A program made the translations under genes and the position numbers. From Candidatus Micrarchaeota archaeon (GTDB lineage: Archaea > Micrarchaeota > Micrarchaeia > Micrarchaeales > CABMGC01): a stretch of 64,000 nt of DNA. The stretch covers positions 5,494 through 69,493 of the forward strand of contig JAJYYF010000019.1 in the NCBI GenBank assembly GCA_021801225.1, in the 5' to 3' direction. This document shows, piece after piece, positions 47,420 through 56,873 of this stretch. Each line of letters begins with the position of its first letter. Position 1 is the stretch's first letter. The notes below the pieces were generated by a model. It was not told where the DNA came from. It saw only the letters and a program-made list of their open reading frames with translations, and searched no databases.

Positions 47420-49333
47420 CTATACGTCAAGAAAGTTTACTTCTTCGGAATGATCATGTAAAAATCTTCTTCTTTGAGAAGGATCAATACCCATCAATAC
47501 ATTAAATAAGCTATCCGCAATCTGTGCATCCTTTATTTGAACTTTTTTAAGCATTCTTTTTTCAGGATTCATTGTTGTTTCCCATAATTGTTCTGGATTC
47601 ATTTCTCCCAAACCCTTGTATCTCTGTGTCTCTGCATCTTTGTATTCTTCTGTTCTTATAACATTAAGTTCTTCGTCACTATAAACATAAGTTTCTGTTT
47701 TACCCAGTTTAACTTTATAAAGAGGAGGTTGTGCAATATAAACATAGCCTTTTTCTATGAGTTTTTTCATATATCTGTAAAGGAAAGTAAGAAGTAGTGT
47801 TCTTATGTGGCTTCCGTCTACATCTGCATCAGTCATTATTATAACTTTATGATATCTTGCATTTTCTATATTGAATGTTTCTCTTATTCCAGTTCCGAAT
47901 GCTGCTATTAACGATTTAATTTCTGCATTATCAAAAATCTTCTCAAAGCTTGCTTTTTCAACATTTAATATCTTTCCTCTTAATGGAAGTATTGCTTGTG
48001 TGTTTTTGTCCCTTCCCATTTTACTAGAGCCCCCTGCACTTTCCCCTTCTACTATGAATATCTCTGTTTTTGTAGGATCATTCTCTATACAATCTGCAAG
48101 TTTTCCAGGAAGTACTGTATTTTCAAGAACACTTCTTTTTCTTGAAAGTTCTCTTGCTTTTCTTGCGCTTTCTCTCGCATTAGCTGCAGATATAGCTTTT
48201 TCTAATATTGCACGTGCGTCTTGTGGATTTTCTTCAAGATATCTGGAGAAAGACGAATAAACCTCTGTCTCAACAAATGTCTTGATTTGAGCGTTACCTA
48301 ATTTTTCTTTTGTTTGTCCTTCAAATTCAGGATTTTGCATTAAAACTGAAAGAACAGCTGAAAGGCCTTCTCTTACATCATCTCCAGAAATTTTTAATTC
48401 CATTTTTGAGAACTGCTTATTTTTTGAAAAATAATTAATAAGAGCACGTGTTATTGCAGCATGAAAACCTGAAACATGGGTTCCCCCCTCCATTGTTTTT
48501 ATAGAATTAACAAATGATTCTAACTTTTCCTCATAACTATCGTTGTACTGTAATGCATATTCTAAAGTAAACTGTCCCTCAGTTTTTTTGTAATTTACTA
48601 TATTTGTAAGAGTATTTTTATCCTTATTAAGAAATAAAATAAAGTCTTTTAAACCATTTTCTGAAAAATAAGTAATCTCTTCCGGTTGTTCAAATCTGTC
48701 ATCTTTTAGAATTATTTTTAATCCTGGATTTAAAAATGATGTGTATGTTAATCTTTCCTTTAGAAGTGTTGAATCAAATGTTGTCGTTCTGAATATTTCT
48801 TTATCTGGTTTAAATCTTATTATCGATCCTGTTTCTTTGCTTTCTCCTATCTCCTCTATTTTTGAAATAGGAATTCCTTTACTAAACCTTTGAGTATATA
48901 CCTTTCCATGTTTTTTGACAGTTACCTCTGTTAATTCTGAAAGTGCATTTACTACTGTTAAACCGACACCATGAAGTCCTCCTGAAACTTTATAAGTTTC
49001 ATTATTAAACTTCGCACCTTTGTGTAGAGTTGTCATTATAACTTCTAATGCACTTTTATTATATTTTGGCATTATCTCTACAGGTATACCTCTTCCATCA
49101 TCTGATACCTCTGCAACATTTCCTTCGCCATCTTGTGAAAGTTTAATAACTATATTTTTACAAAAACCAGCTAAAGCTTCATCTACTGCGTTGTCTATAA
49201 CTTCAAATAAAAGATGTAATACTCCTTGTGAACTGGTAGAACCAATATACATTGCCGGTCTTTTTCTTATACCTTGAGGTCCCTCCAAGACTATAATATT
49301 TGATGCCTCATATTCTCCGGTATTCTGCTCCAT
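47420..49333 (-). CDS. gyrB: DNA gyrase subunit B
   Basis: GHKL ATPase motifs (EVIDNAVDE, GGLHGVG), Toprim EGESAGG and DADVDGSHI. Directly upstream of gyrA. Confidence 0.95.
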   Translation of the reverse strand: MEQNTGEYEASNIIVLEGPQGIRKRPAMYIGSTSSQGVLHLLFEVIDNAVDEALAGFCKNIVIKLSQDGEGNVAEVSDDGRGIPVEIMPKYNKSALEVIMTTLHKGAKFNNETYKVSGGLHGVGLTVVNALSELTEVTVKKHGKVYTQRFSKGIPISKIEEIGESKETGSIIRFKPDKEIFRTTTFDSTLLKERLTYTSFLNPGLKIILKDDRFEQPEEITYFSENGLKDFILFLNKDKNTLTNIVNYKKTEGQFTLEYALQYNDSYEEKLESFVNSIKTMEGGTHVSGFHAAITRALINYFSKNKQFSKMELKISGDDVREGLSAVLSVLMQNPEFEGQTKEKLGNAQIKTFVETEVYSSFSRYLEENPQDARAILEKAISAANARESARKARELSRKRSVLENTVLPGKLADCIENDPTKTEIFIVEGESAGGSSKMGRDKNTQAILPLRGKILNVEKASFEKIFDNAEIKSLIAAFGTGIRETFNIENARYHKVIIMTDADVDGSHIRTLLLTFLYRYMKKLIEKGYVYIAQPPLYKVKLGKTETYVYSDEELNVIRTEEYKDAETQRYKGLGEMNPEQLWETTMNPEKRMLKKVQIKDAQIADSLFNVLMGIDPSQRRRFLHDHSEEVNFLDV

Positions 49334-49697
49334 TAAAATCCAATAGTATATCTTGTTTAAAGAATATAAAGCTTTTCTATATGTTTTGTCGATGTATTTT
49401 TTACATATTTCAACAAAAAATACTGCGTTTTGTTTTACTCAACAAAAAGTTTATATATATTTACCTATTTTCATTTTAGTAAATAATTAAAAAATCTAAG
49501 TACTTGAATAGAAAACCTCAAAAAAATTTAAACTTGTTTATTTTATGGCTAATAAAATAAGAAGAGTTCTTGGCTATAAATGAATATTGTACTAATCAAT
49601 ATATTCAAGATCAAGGAATGATTCTGACTTGGATAAAGCAAAAATAAAGCAAACAAAGGTATTTAATTTATCTTGTCCTATATTACTTGGTATTTTT

Positions 49698-50213
49698 ATG
49701 AAATCAATACATCTTGCAATTACATTAGTTGTTATCATAGCAGTAATTATAGTAGTGGCAGCGTTATACCTTTTTTATTTAATTCCATCTCAAACAGTTC
49801 AAAAAGGTGATGTGGTTTCTGTATTTTATACGGGAAGTTTTACTAATGGAACTGTTTTCAATTCTAATGTAGGTCAACAGCCTTTTAATTTTACAGCAGG
49901 TACAAATGAAACTATACCTGGATTTGATAATGCAGTATTGGGTATGACTCTTAACCAAACAAAAACAGTCACTATCCCAGCAAATGAGGCATATGGTGAA
50001 ATAAATCCAAATCTTATTGTAAGTATACCGACAAATGATTTTTCTAATAAAACAATAAAGGTAGGCTCAGTGGTAACTGACAATGCAAATGGTCAACAGC
50101 TTCAGGGAGTAGTCTTAAACGTAAATGCAACTAATGCTATAGTAAACTTTAACTCACCACTAGCCGGACAAACTTTAGTATTTCAGATAAAAGTAGTAGG
50201 GATAAAAAGTTAG
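49698..50213 (+). CDS. Membrane-anchored FKBP-type peptidyl-prolyl isomerase
   Basis: N-terminal TM, then VSVFYTGSFTNGTVFNSN...FNFTAGTNETIPGFDNAVLGM. I prefer the ATG at 49698 over the upstream TTG. Confidence 0.75.
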   Translation: MKSIHLAITLVVIIAVIIVVAALYLFYLIPSQTVQKGDVVSVFYTGSFTNGTVFNSNVGQQPFNFTAGTNETIPGFDNAVLGMTLNQTKTVTIPANEAYGEINPNLIVSIPTNDFSNKTIKVGSVVTDNANGQQLQGVVLNVNATNAIVNFNSPLAGQTLVFQIKVVGIKS

Positions 50214-50269
50214 TAAATAAAAGAAATAATAAAGAACTAATAAACAAGGAGTTGTTTTAAATTAAATAT

Positions 50270-50410
50270 TTATTTTCCGCCAATTTTGAACATCTTAGTT
50301 CCACATGAAGAACATGTTCCGGTCATTGCCTTCTTTCCATTCTTCATAGTAACTTCCTTTGCTCCTTTCATTTCACTTTTTGCCTTACATTTAACACAAT
50401 ATGCTTCCAT
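50270..50410 (-). CDS. Small zinc-ribbon protein (DUF5679-like; absent from the ORF track)
   Basis: Translates to MEAYCVKCKAKSEMKGAKEVTMKNGKKAMTGTCSSCGTKMFKIGGK. It has two CxxC pairs and the typical KNG...G.C..CGTKMF pattern. Confidence 0.65.
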   Translation of the reverse strand: MEAYCVKCKAKSEMKGAKEVTMKNGKKAMTGTCSSCGTKMFKIGGK

Positions 50411-50481
50411 ATTATCTCCATATAGTATAAGAACGGTACATTATAAAAATACTATACTTTTACTGGCAAAACATTAGCTTT

Positions 50482-50994
50482 TTAAATATGCCTTTTTACC
50501 TTAACTATATGCTCAATAATTTTATTTTTGGTCTCATCAATCAAAAACTCAGAAGTTATGCTTTTACCAGAAAGCACAAGCTTTAACCAATATTTATCAT
50601 CATCCCACATATTTTCAAAAGGTATAGAATTAATATTAAACCATTTCGGTTTCATTTCTTCTGATTCTTTTGGAGTTCCTTCCCATTTATCTATTAAGTA
50701 TAAATAAACTTTCGATGCATTTTTCTTGTATTCTACATTTTCAAAATCATAAAACGTTATTGTCCCCGCAGTCCTGAGCGATAGTACCTTTATGCATATC
50801 TCTTCATAGGCCTCTCTTTTCATTGCGCTTTCTGGATCTTCATTCATCTCTAACTTTCCACCTACGCCATTCCACTTTCCAACCCCAAAACCACGCTTTT
50901 TCATTGCCAACAATACCTTATCCTCTTTTATTAAAAATCCAAGTGTCATCTCTTTAATTACCTTAGTATTTTTTCTATGTTCTACAATTTTCAT
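50482..50994 (-). CDS. Nudix hydrolase (MutT-like)
   Basis: Nudix box GGKLEMNEDPESAMKREAYEEICI. Confidence 0.8.
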   Translation of the reverse strand: MKIVEHRKNTKVIKEMTLGFLIKEDKVLLAMKKRGFGVGKWNGVGGKLEMNEDPESAMKREAYEEICIKVLSLRTAGTITFYDFENVEYKKNASKVYLYLIDKWEGTPKESEEMKPKWFNINSIPFENMWDDDKYWLKLVLSGKSITSEFLIDETKNKIIEHIVKVKRHI

Positions 50995-51077
50995 AAAATC
51001 CCTAAATAATTATTTTATATCATTTCATGCAATACCTTATCTTTATTAAATATATTGAAATAAATATTAATGGTTGA

Positions 51078-52325
51078 ATGTTGCTACTTCCAATACTAAT
51101 CCTTTTATTAGTTTTAATCTTTATCTCTATAAGAACCACATTCAAAAGAAAGATAGATATATGGAAAATAATGTTCCTTGGAGCGTTAATAGTAATTTTA
51201 ACCGGGCAAATCTCTTTATACAACGCTTATTTATCTATACAATTTAATGTAATAATATTCCTTTTTTCAATGTTTGTCGTAGGACTTGCTTTAGAAAAAT
51301 CTAATTATCTATTAAACACATCACATCTGTTTTTAAGGTACTTCAAAAGTAAAAATACTCTATTATTTGGCTTAATATTTATAACAGGATTTCTTTCATT
51401 TTTTATTGTCAATGATACTCTCGCAGTAGTGACGGTATCTTTAGCTGCGTATATCTCTTCAAAACACGGAATAAAGTTAAAACCACTTCTTCTTGTAATG
51501 GCATTTTCAATAACATTGGGAAGCGTAATGAGTCCTATAGGAAATCCGCAGAATCTACTTATAGCATCAAGCGGTCTATCTTCTCCATTTTTAATATTTT
51601 TTAGATATCTTTTCATACCTACTATGTTGAATTTATTCATAGTCTACTTTATAATAAAAATCTTTTATGGCAAATCATTTAAAACCAAAAAAATATTGGT
51701 TCATACACGTGAGCCAATACTAGATAATAACCTTGCAAAAATAGTTAAGATCTCAATAGCAATACTTTTTCTTACCATACTTTTCAATGTTATATCGAGC
51801 ATTATCAATTTAGGCTATCAGATAGGACTTGTCTATATAGGGATTTTTTCAGCCCTTCCGATATTACTTTTAAGCAATAGGAGGGTAGAAATATTCAAAG
51901 AGGTTAACTGGTCCATATTGATCTTCTTCGTATCTATGTTTATATTAATACAAAGCGTTTGGCTTTCTGGAGTAATACAGCCTTTACTTGGTCAGGTTTA
52001 TAATAATCTCGCATCAATACCCTTTATCTTTGGGGTAAGTATAATACTTAGCCAGTTTATCTCGAATCTTCCTCTTGTTGCATTGTATATACCTATATTA
52101 AAAAATATAGGAGTATCTATAATTGGTTTTATGGCTCTTGCTGCTGGAAGTACAATAGCAGGAAATGTGTCTATACTTGGGGCTGCAAGTAATATTATTA
52201 TAATAAATCAAGCCGAAAAAAAATACAATGAAACAATCTCTATGTGGGAGTTTGTAAAGATTGGGATACCTCTAACTATAATAAATGCATTAGTTTATTT
52301 TCTATTTCTGTATATTGGATTGTAG
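51078..52325 (+). CDS. ArsB/NhaD-superfamily (CitMHS-like) anion permease
   Basis: About 11-12 TM helices and GSVMSPIGNPQNLLIA-type hairpin motifs. Confidence 0.5.
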   Translation: MLLLPILILLLVLIFISIRTTFKRKIDIWKIMFLGALIVILTGQISLYNAYLSIQFNVIIFLFSMFVVGLALEKSNYLLNTSHLFLRYFKSKNTLLFGLIFITGFLSFFIVNDTLAVVTVSLAAYISSKHGIKLKPLLLVMAFSITLGSVMSPIGNPQNLLIASSGLSSPFLIFFRYLFIPTMLNLFIVYFIIKIFYGKSFKTKKILVHTREPILDNNLAKIVKISIAILFLTILFNVISSIINLGYQIGLVYIGIFSALPILLLSNRRVEIFKEVNWSILIFFVSMFILIQSVWLSGVIQPLLGQVYNNLASIPFIFGVSIILSQFISNLPLVALYIPILKNIGVSIIGFMALAAGSTIAGNVSILGAASNIIIINQAEKKYNETISMWEFVKIGIPLTIINALVYFLFLYIGL

Positions 52326-52332
52326 TAACTCC

Positions 52333-52506
52333 TTAATCATCAAGTTTTATTTCGTGTTCTTCAGCCTGAAAGTTAACTTTGTGATGAGTTCCATCACACA
52401 TCGGTTTTTTACTTGATTGACCACATCGACAAAGTGCTATTTTTGTCTGTCCATCTACTACTACTAAATTAGGTCCATTTTTTACAGATTTTATTACTTT
52501 TCCCAT
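52333..52506 (-). CDS. CDGSH-type iron-sulfur domain protein (absent from the ORF track)
   Basis: Translates to MGKVIKSVKNGPNLVVVDGQTKIALCRCGQSSKKPMCDGTHHKVNF... It contains the CxCxxSxxxPxCDGxH signature. Confidence 0.75.
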   Translation of the reverse strand: MGKVIKSVKNGPNLVVVDGQTKIALCRCGQSSKKPMCDGTHHKVNFQAEEHEIKLDD

Positions 52507-52537
52507 AAATTACACAATATTATTAAAGGAAATATGT

Positions 52538-52927
52538 CTATAAACTTTTCATTATGAAAGGTATTACAAAGATAGCAATAAGTAAATCTAACAAAACAAT
52601 TGCTGTTATAAAAACATAAAGCTTATTATTTTCTCTCGCAAAAAAATAAACCGAATACAAAACCCGCAAAACAGGCGTCGCTATCAACACAATTAATCCT
52701 AAAATTATGTATGAAATGCCATCTAATGAGGAAATTCCGTTAATTATTTGAGTAGTACTGATATTTGCAGTACTCAATTTTGATTTATGCGAAGTTATTT
52801 GAGTAAGTGTATAATTTGAACCGCCATTGTTTATAAACAACAAAAACATGCCAAATAAAATTAAAAGTATACTTATTATAGCACCTATTCTTAGAATCCA
52901 ACCTATACTTTTATTCGCATCCATCAA
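52538..52927 (-). CDS. DUF1634-like membrane protein
   Basis: Small 3-4 TM protein. It overlaps (ATGA) the stop of the upstream TauE/SafE gene, which is the usual pairing. Confidence 0.5.
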   Translation of the reverse strand: MMDANKSIGWILRIGAIISILLILFGMFLLFINNGGSNYTLTQITSHKSKLSTANISTTQIINGISSLDGISYIILGLIVLIATPVLRVLYSVYFFARENNKLYVFITAIVLLDLLIAIFVIPFIMKSL

Positions 52928-53784
52928 ATTACACCAAATCCTCTAAGAATCATCTGAACTCCTAAGATAAGTATTACTACAACAAACAATTTTCTTATAA
53001 ACCCATTTCCTTCTCTGTTCAAGAACTTAGAACCTAAGAAGCTACCTGTTAAAACTCCTATTGCTGCTGCTCCTGCTATAAAAGGTTGCATATACCCTAA
53101 TTCCCAATAAATAGCAGTTCCGGTTGCAGCTGTAACCCCTATCATAAAATCACTTGTAGCTGCACTTACCTTAGGTGGTAAACGCATCATGTGATCCAAA
53201 CTTAATACCTTCAGTGCACCAGAACCTACACCCAATAATCCTGAAATAACTCCTGCAAAAACCATTATAGCTTCTGAATACCACCATCGTATTCCATAAT
53301 ATCTTACTCTTTTTTTAAGTTTTTCATCATAGTAACTTCCTTTTAATTGAAATATTTTTGTTGTTTTGTCTGATTTAAAATTTTTGAATTTATTTTTAAT
53401 TTTTAATATTTCTCTCATAGATGGATAAATAGAAAATATCAGTATAACTCCAAACAAAATGAAAATTATTGCAATAGCATTTGCCCTATATATTGCAGCA
53501 GCAATCAATACTCCAGCTATTGCACCTAATGTAGTTCCTACTTCTAACGACATACCTATCTTTATATTAGTTATCTTATCCTTAACATAAGCGCTAGCGG
53601 CACCACTTGATGTAGCTATAGAGGCTATGAGACTAGCACCGGCCGCATAATAAATAGGAACACCTAATCCCAAAACTAGTAAGGGTGTTAGTATAACGGC
53701 TCCACCTAAACCAGTTAAGGAACCAATTAATCCAGCTATTACTCCCCCTATGATAATTAATATTAATGATAATATCGGAAGCAT
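52924..53784 (-). CDS. TauE/SafE (DUF81) family anion exporter
   Basis: Polytopic protein with duplicated halves and Gly-rich helices (GSLTGLGGAVILTPLL). Confidence 0.65.
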   Translation of the reverse strand: MLPILSLILIIIGGVIAGLIGSLTGLGGAVILTPLLVLGLGVPIYYAAGASLIASIATSSGAASAYVKDKITNIKIGMSLEVGTTLGAIAGVLIAAAIYRANAIAIIFILFGVILIFSIYPSMREILKIKNKFKNFKSDKTTKIFQLKGSYYDEKLKKRVRYYGIRWWYSEAIMVFAGVISGLLGVGSGALKVLSLDHMMRLPPKVSAATSDFMIGVTAATGTAIYWELGYMQPFIAGAAAIGVLTGSFLGSKFLNREGNGFIRKLFVVVILILGVQMILRGFGVI

Positions 53785-53832
53785 TTGTAAACCTAATGTG
53801 ATATTACTATCAACATATATTTAATAAACATA

Positions 53833-54144
53833 TTACATATTTTTGCTTTCTTTAAGTATTTCCCCAAAACTTCTGCAAAAATATTCTGTAGTTTTTTGAA
53901 CCTCATATATACCTCTTTGTGTAAGGCTGTAAATTATGAGCTTACCTTTTTTTTTACCCTTTATCAACTCATTATCACTTAGCTCTTTTAAAGCCGGGTA
54001 AATTGTACTGGGTTTAGGTTTTTCTCCTCTACGTTTCTCTATCTCTTCAGCAATCTGATCTCCATACATAGGTTTCTTAGAAAGTAACCACAGTATCTGA
54101 AAAGAAAGTAAACCTTTCATATTACAACCCTTTTTATCATTCAT
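53833..54144 (-). CDS. PadR-family transcriptional regulator
   Basis: FQILWLLSKKPMYGDQIAEEIEKR...STIYPALKELSDNELI...YSLTQRG. Confidence 0.8.
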   Translation of the reverse strand: MNDKKGCNMKGLLSFQILWLLSKKPMYGDQIAEEIEKRRGEKPKPSTIYPALKELSDNELIKGKKKGKLIIYSLTQRGIYEVQKTTEYFCRSFGEILKESKNM

Positions 54145-54213
54145 TGAGTATCACATTAATTTTATTATTTACTTAAAAACTTTAATTATTATAAACTCTT
54201 ATATTTTGTTATA

Positions 54214-54261
54214 TATATGATATCCTATATATTTATATATTTGTTTATAGGATATCCTATA
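54214..54261. promoter_or_regulatory. Two copies of a 16-bp palindromic operator candidate (TATATGATATCCTATA at 54214-54229; perfect palindrome TATAGGATATCCTATA at 54246-54261)
   Basis: The two copies are 15/16 identical and spaced 32 bp start to start. They lie in the divergent padR / small-ORF intergenic region. Confidence 0.5.
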
Positions 54262-54272
54262 TTGGTGAATAA

Positions 54273-54428
54273 ATGGAACAAGAAGGTTGTGGCTGTGGCT
54301 GGTATGGTGTACGGAATTTTTTAACAAAAGATGAAAAGATAGAAATTCTAACAGAGTATAAAACCAAACTATCCAAGGAAATAAAAGGCATAGACGAAAG
54401 AATAAAAGAACTACAAAAAAATAACTAA
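54273..54428 (+). CDS. Small protein with a CGCG motif and a coiled-coil tail (DUF5320-like C-terminus; absent from the ORF track)
   Basis: Translates to MEQEGCGCGWYGVRNFLTKDEKIEILTEYKTKLSKEIKGIDERIKELQKNN. Divergent from padR. Confidence 0.45.
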   Translation: MEQEGCGCGWYGVRNFLTKDEKIEILTEYKTKLSKEIKGIDERIKELQKNN

Positions 54429-54448
54429 TTTTTTATTTTTTTCTTTTT

Positions 54449-54880
54449 TTATTTTAGTGCTTTTCTAATTATTGAGCTTTTGTATTTACTAGGAATATAA
54501 CCACTTTTAATCTTAACTATTTTTATGTTTAGTTTATTGAACTTTAGCCAACCTTTCAAATCATTTAAATTGACCTTTTGATCATAACCAAAAACTATCA
54601 CATCTGGTTTAAATTTTTTAATTATCTTATATTTATCATTGTCACTCTTAATATCATTTCCAAGAACCGCAAAATCAACTACTTTAAGAGATTTTATAAT
54701 ACTTAATCTATCAATCTCATTAAATACCGGTTCTCTGTTCTTGAACATTCTGATGCTAGAGTCACGTGCAATAACTACTCCCAATACATCTCCATATTTT
54801 TTTGCTTTTTCTAAATAATGTATATGGCCTATATGGAGTATATCAAAGGTACCGAAAGCAAGAACAATCTTGTTTTTCAT
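54449..54880 (-). CDS. ribL: FAD synthase (archaeal RibL, cytidylyltransferase fold)
   Basis: AFGTFDILHIGHIHYLEKAKKYGD...VVIARD. Length and layout resemble methanogen RibL. I place the start at the internal ATG. Confidence 0.7.
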   Translation of the reverse strand: MKNKIVLAFGTFDILHIGHIHYLEKAKKYGDVLGVVIARDSSIRMFKNREPVFNEIDRLSIIKSLKVVDFAVLGNDIKSDNDKYKIIKKFKPDVIVFGYDQKVNLNDLKGWLKFNKLNIKIVKIKSGYIPSKYKSSIIRKALK

Positions 54881-55093
54881 ATAATGAAAAGTGCATCGAA
54901 AATATATAAACATTTGTAAAAAACATAAAAATATATGGGGCATTTATGAGATACAAATACGAGACTTCGCACAGATATAAAGGCAAAAATTTATGCAGTC
55001 AAATTAGATGAAGTTAGAACTATCTTAGTAACAAAAAATTTTGAACTCTAACAAACATTTATATACTCATATCTTTTTATAATACTCAGAGAT

Positions 55094-55351
55094 ATGACCG
55101 ACATAAGTGAAATTTTAAAATCACAGAAGTTTCTAGAAATCAATTCGGAAATTAGGAATGGAGTTAAAAAATGCAAAGAAACATGCGATTTTTTTTCTAT
55201 ATGTGGTGGTGGGTACATATCAAATAAATTAGCGGAACATGGGAGTTTTGATGTTACTGAAAGACTTACGTGTAAACTAAGAATTAAAGAAAGTGGAAAT
55301 ATTTTACTTGATTACTTGGAATCAGAGTATATTAAAAATATGAAGCGATAA
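55094..55351 (+). pseudogene. Isolated C-terminal SPASM-like fragment of a radical SAM maturase
   Basis: CKETCDFFSICGGGY resembles the CxxCxxxxxCxGGC SPASM cluster. No radical SAM core ORF lies upstream. Confidence 0.35.
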
Positions 55352-55352
55352 T

Positions 55353-56078
55353 TTGGAATACACAAAAGACTTATCATATGTTAATAAAAAATTAAAACAA
55401 CTTTCTATTGAATTTTGTCTAGATTATAATAAAGAGATATTAAAAATTAACTTTATTAGCAAACAAGATTACTCAATGCTACTTTTTCTAAATTCCTCAC
55501 CAGATTTCAATAAATTCGGAAAGACATTGAAATCAAAAATAAACAATATAGCTAATTTTTACAATTCTAAAGAATTCAAAGAAGGTTCTGAAGGAGCTTT
55601 TTGTACTGATATAGATTATAGAATAAATGTTGCAAAACGTATAAAAAATAAAATAATAAGGGAAAGAATTTTAAAAAAACTCAATAAGATTAAAAAAATT
55701 AAAGTAAAACATGGTAAAATCGCTGTAGTTATTTCAAATAATTGGAAACCAGAAAAAATAGGTATTCATAAATTTAGAAGAGTTATTCATCATGAGTTAA
55801 TACATATGATCTTAGAATACAATGGACTTGTATTTAGAAATGATTTCGGAGAAGGTGTTTGCATATATTTGCAATACTTTTTAGGAACTTCTGGAACTGG
55901 AAATTTAAATTTTCTTGAAAAAATAATAAAAGATAATAAAAATAAAGAAAATAATTTCGAATTTGAAAGAATTGTAATTAAATATATCCCTATGTTAACA
56001 AAAACCTTTAAAGGTAAAGAAACTCCCATTCAGAAAAAGGATTCATTAATTTATTTAAGAAATAAATATGGAAAATAA
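55353..56078 (+). CDS. Hypothetical protein with an HExxH zinc-metallopeptidase motif
   Basis: VIHHELIHMIL. The start codon is TTG. Confidence 0.35.
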   Translation: MEYTKDLSYVNKKLKQLSIEFCLDYNKEILKINFISKQDYSMLLFLNSSPDFNKFGKTLKSKINNIANFYNSKEFKEGSEGAFCTDIDYRINVAKRIKNKIIRERILKKLNKIKKIKVKHGKIAVVISNNWKPEKIGIHKFRRVIHHELIHMILEYNGLVFRNDFGEGVCIYLQYFLGTSGTGNLNFLEKIIKDNKNKENNFEFERIVIKYIPMLTKTFKGKETPIQKKDSLIYLRNKYGK

Positions 56079-56185
56079 ACAGCCAAGTAGTTTATTTATA
56101 CTGTAATTTTGAATAATCTATATACTAAATACAAAGACTTAACCTAATGGTTATATAAATATTTCCTGTTTAATATATACTAATT

Positions 56186-56236
56186 AAGTAGGGCGTGTTT
56201 TCCCGCGAGGACTGCAAATCTGCAGGAGGGATTTTA
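56186..56236 (+). promoter_or_regulatory. GC-rich structured leader upstream of rpl1 (candidate L1 autoregulatory site)
   Basis: GTAGGGCGTGTTTTCCCGCGAGGACTGCAAATCTGCAGGAGGG contains the hairpin CTGCA-AATC-TGCAG and an SD-like GGAGG. It stands out against an AT-rich intergenic background. Confidence 0.3.
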
Positions 56237-56869
56237 ATGGCATTAAAGATAGATGAATTCAGAAAGTTTATTGAAGAAAATAAAGGCAAAAGGAAGTTCA
56301 AACAAACGGTGGAGCTAGCAGTTAATTTTAAAGGAATAGACTTCACTAAACAAAACAACAGATTAAATTTAGATATACTTCTACCTAACGGTAACGGCAA
56401 AAGTTTGAAATTAGCTGTTTTTGCATCAGATAAATCAATATTAGACGAAGCAACAAAGAACAATATACAAATTATAACCCCTTCTGAAATAGAAAGCATG
56501 GGAAGTAACCCTGCAAAAATGAACGCTCTTTTAGAACTTGATTTATATGCACAACCTAATCTAATGCCTTCAATAGCAAAATCACTAGGTCAATTTCTTG
56601 GTCCTAGAAATAAAATGCCAAGACCATTATTGCCTGGAATTACACTTACATCAGTTAACAATGATTCATCAAAAAGAGTAAGCATAAGAAGTAAAGGGAA
56701 GTATCTGCCTACTGTACATTCTATAGTTGGAACTGAAGATATGGATCCTGTAAAGCTTTATGAAAATGTCAATGAAATACTTGACAACATAAAGAAAAAA
56801 GTAGGTAGCAACAACGTGAGATCTGCATATGTCAAACTCACAATGTCAAAACCTATTAAAATAATGTGA
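56237..56869 (+). CDS. rpl1: 50S ribosomal protein L1
   Basis: L1-like sequence and the canonical L1-P0-P1 gene order. An SD-like GGAGGG precedes the ATG at 56237. Confidence 0.9.
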   Translation: MALKIDEFRKFIEENKGKRKFKQTVELAVNFKGIDFTKQNNRLNLDILLPNGNGKSLKLAVFASDKSILDEATKNNIQIITPSEIESMGSNPAKMNALLELDLYAQPNLMPSIAKSLGQFLGPRNKMPRPLLPGITLTSVNNDSSKRVSIRSKGKYLPTVHSIVGTEDMDPVKLYENVNEILDNIKKKVGSNNVRSAYVKLTMSKPIKIM

Positions 56870-56873
56870 GTTT

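Noticed and set aside
49334-49697. The long (~360 bp) AT-rich intergenic region upstream of gyrB, considered as a replication origin
   Set aside because: I found only a short duplicated TCAACAAAAA. There are no ORB-like inverted repeat pairs and no adjacent orc1/cdc6 gene. It is more simply the divergent promoters of gyrB and the FKBP gene.
50286-50477. Listed plus-strand 63-aa ORF
   Set aside because: The opposite strand encodes a well-formed zinc-ribbon mini-protein (50270-50410). The plus-strand product has no features.
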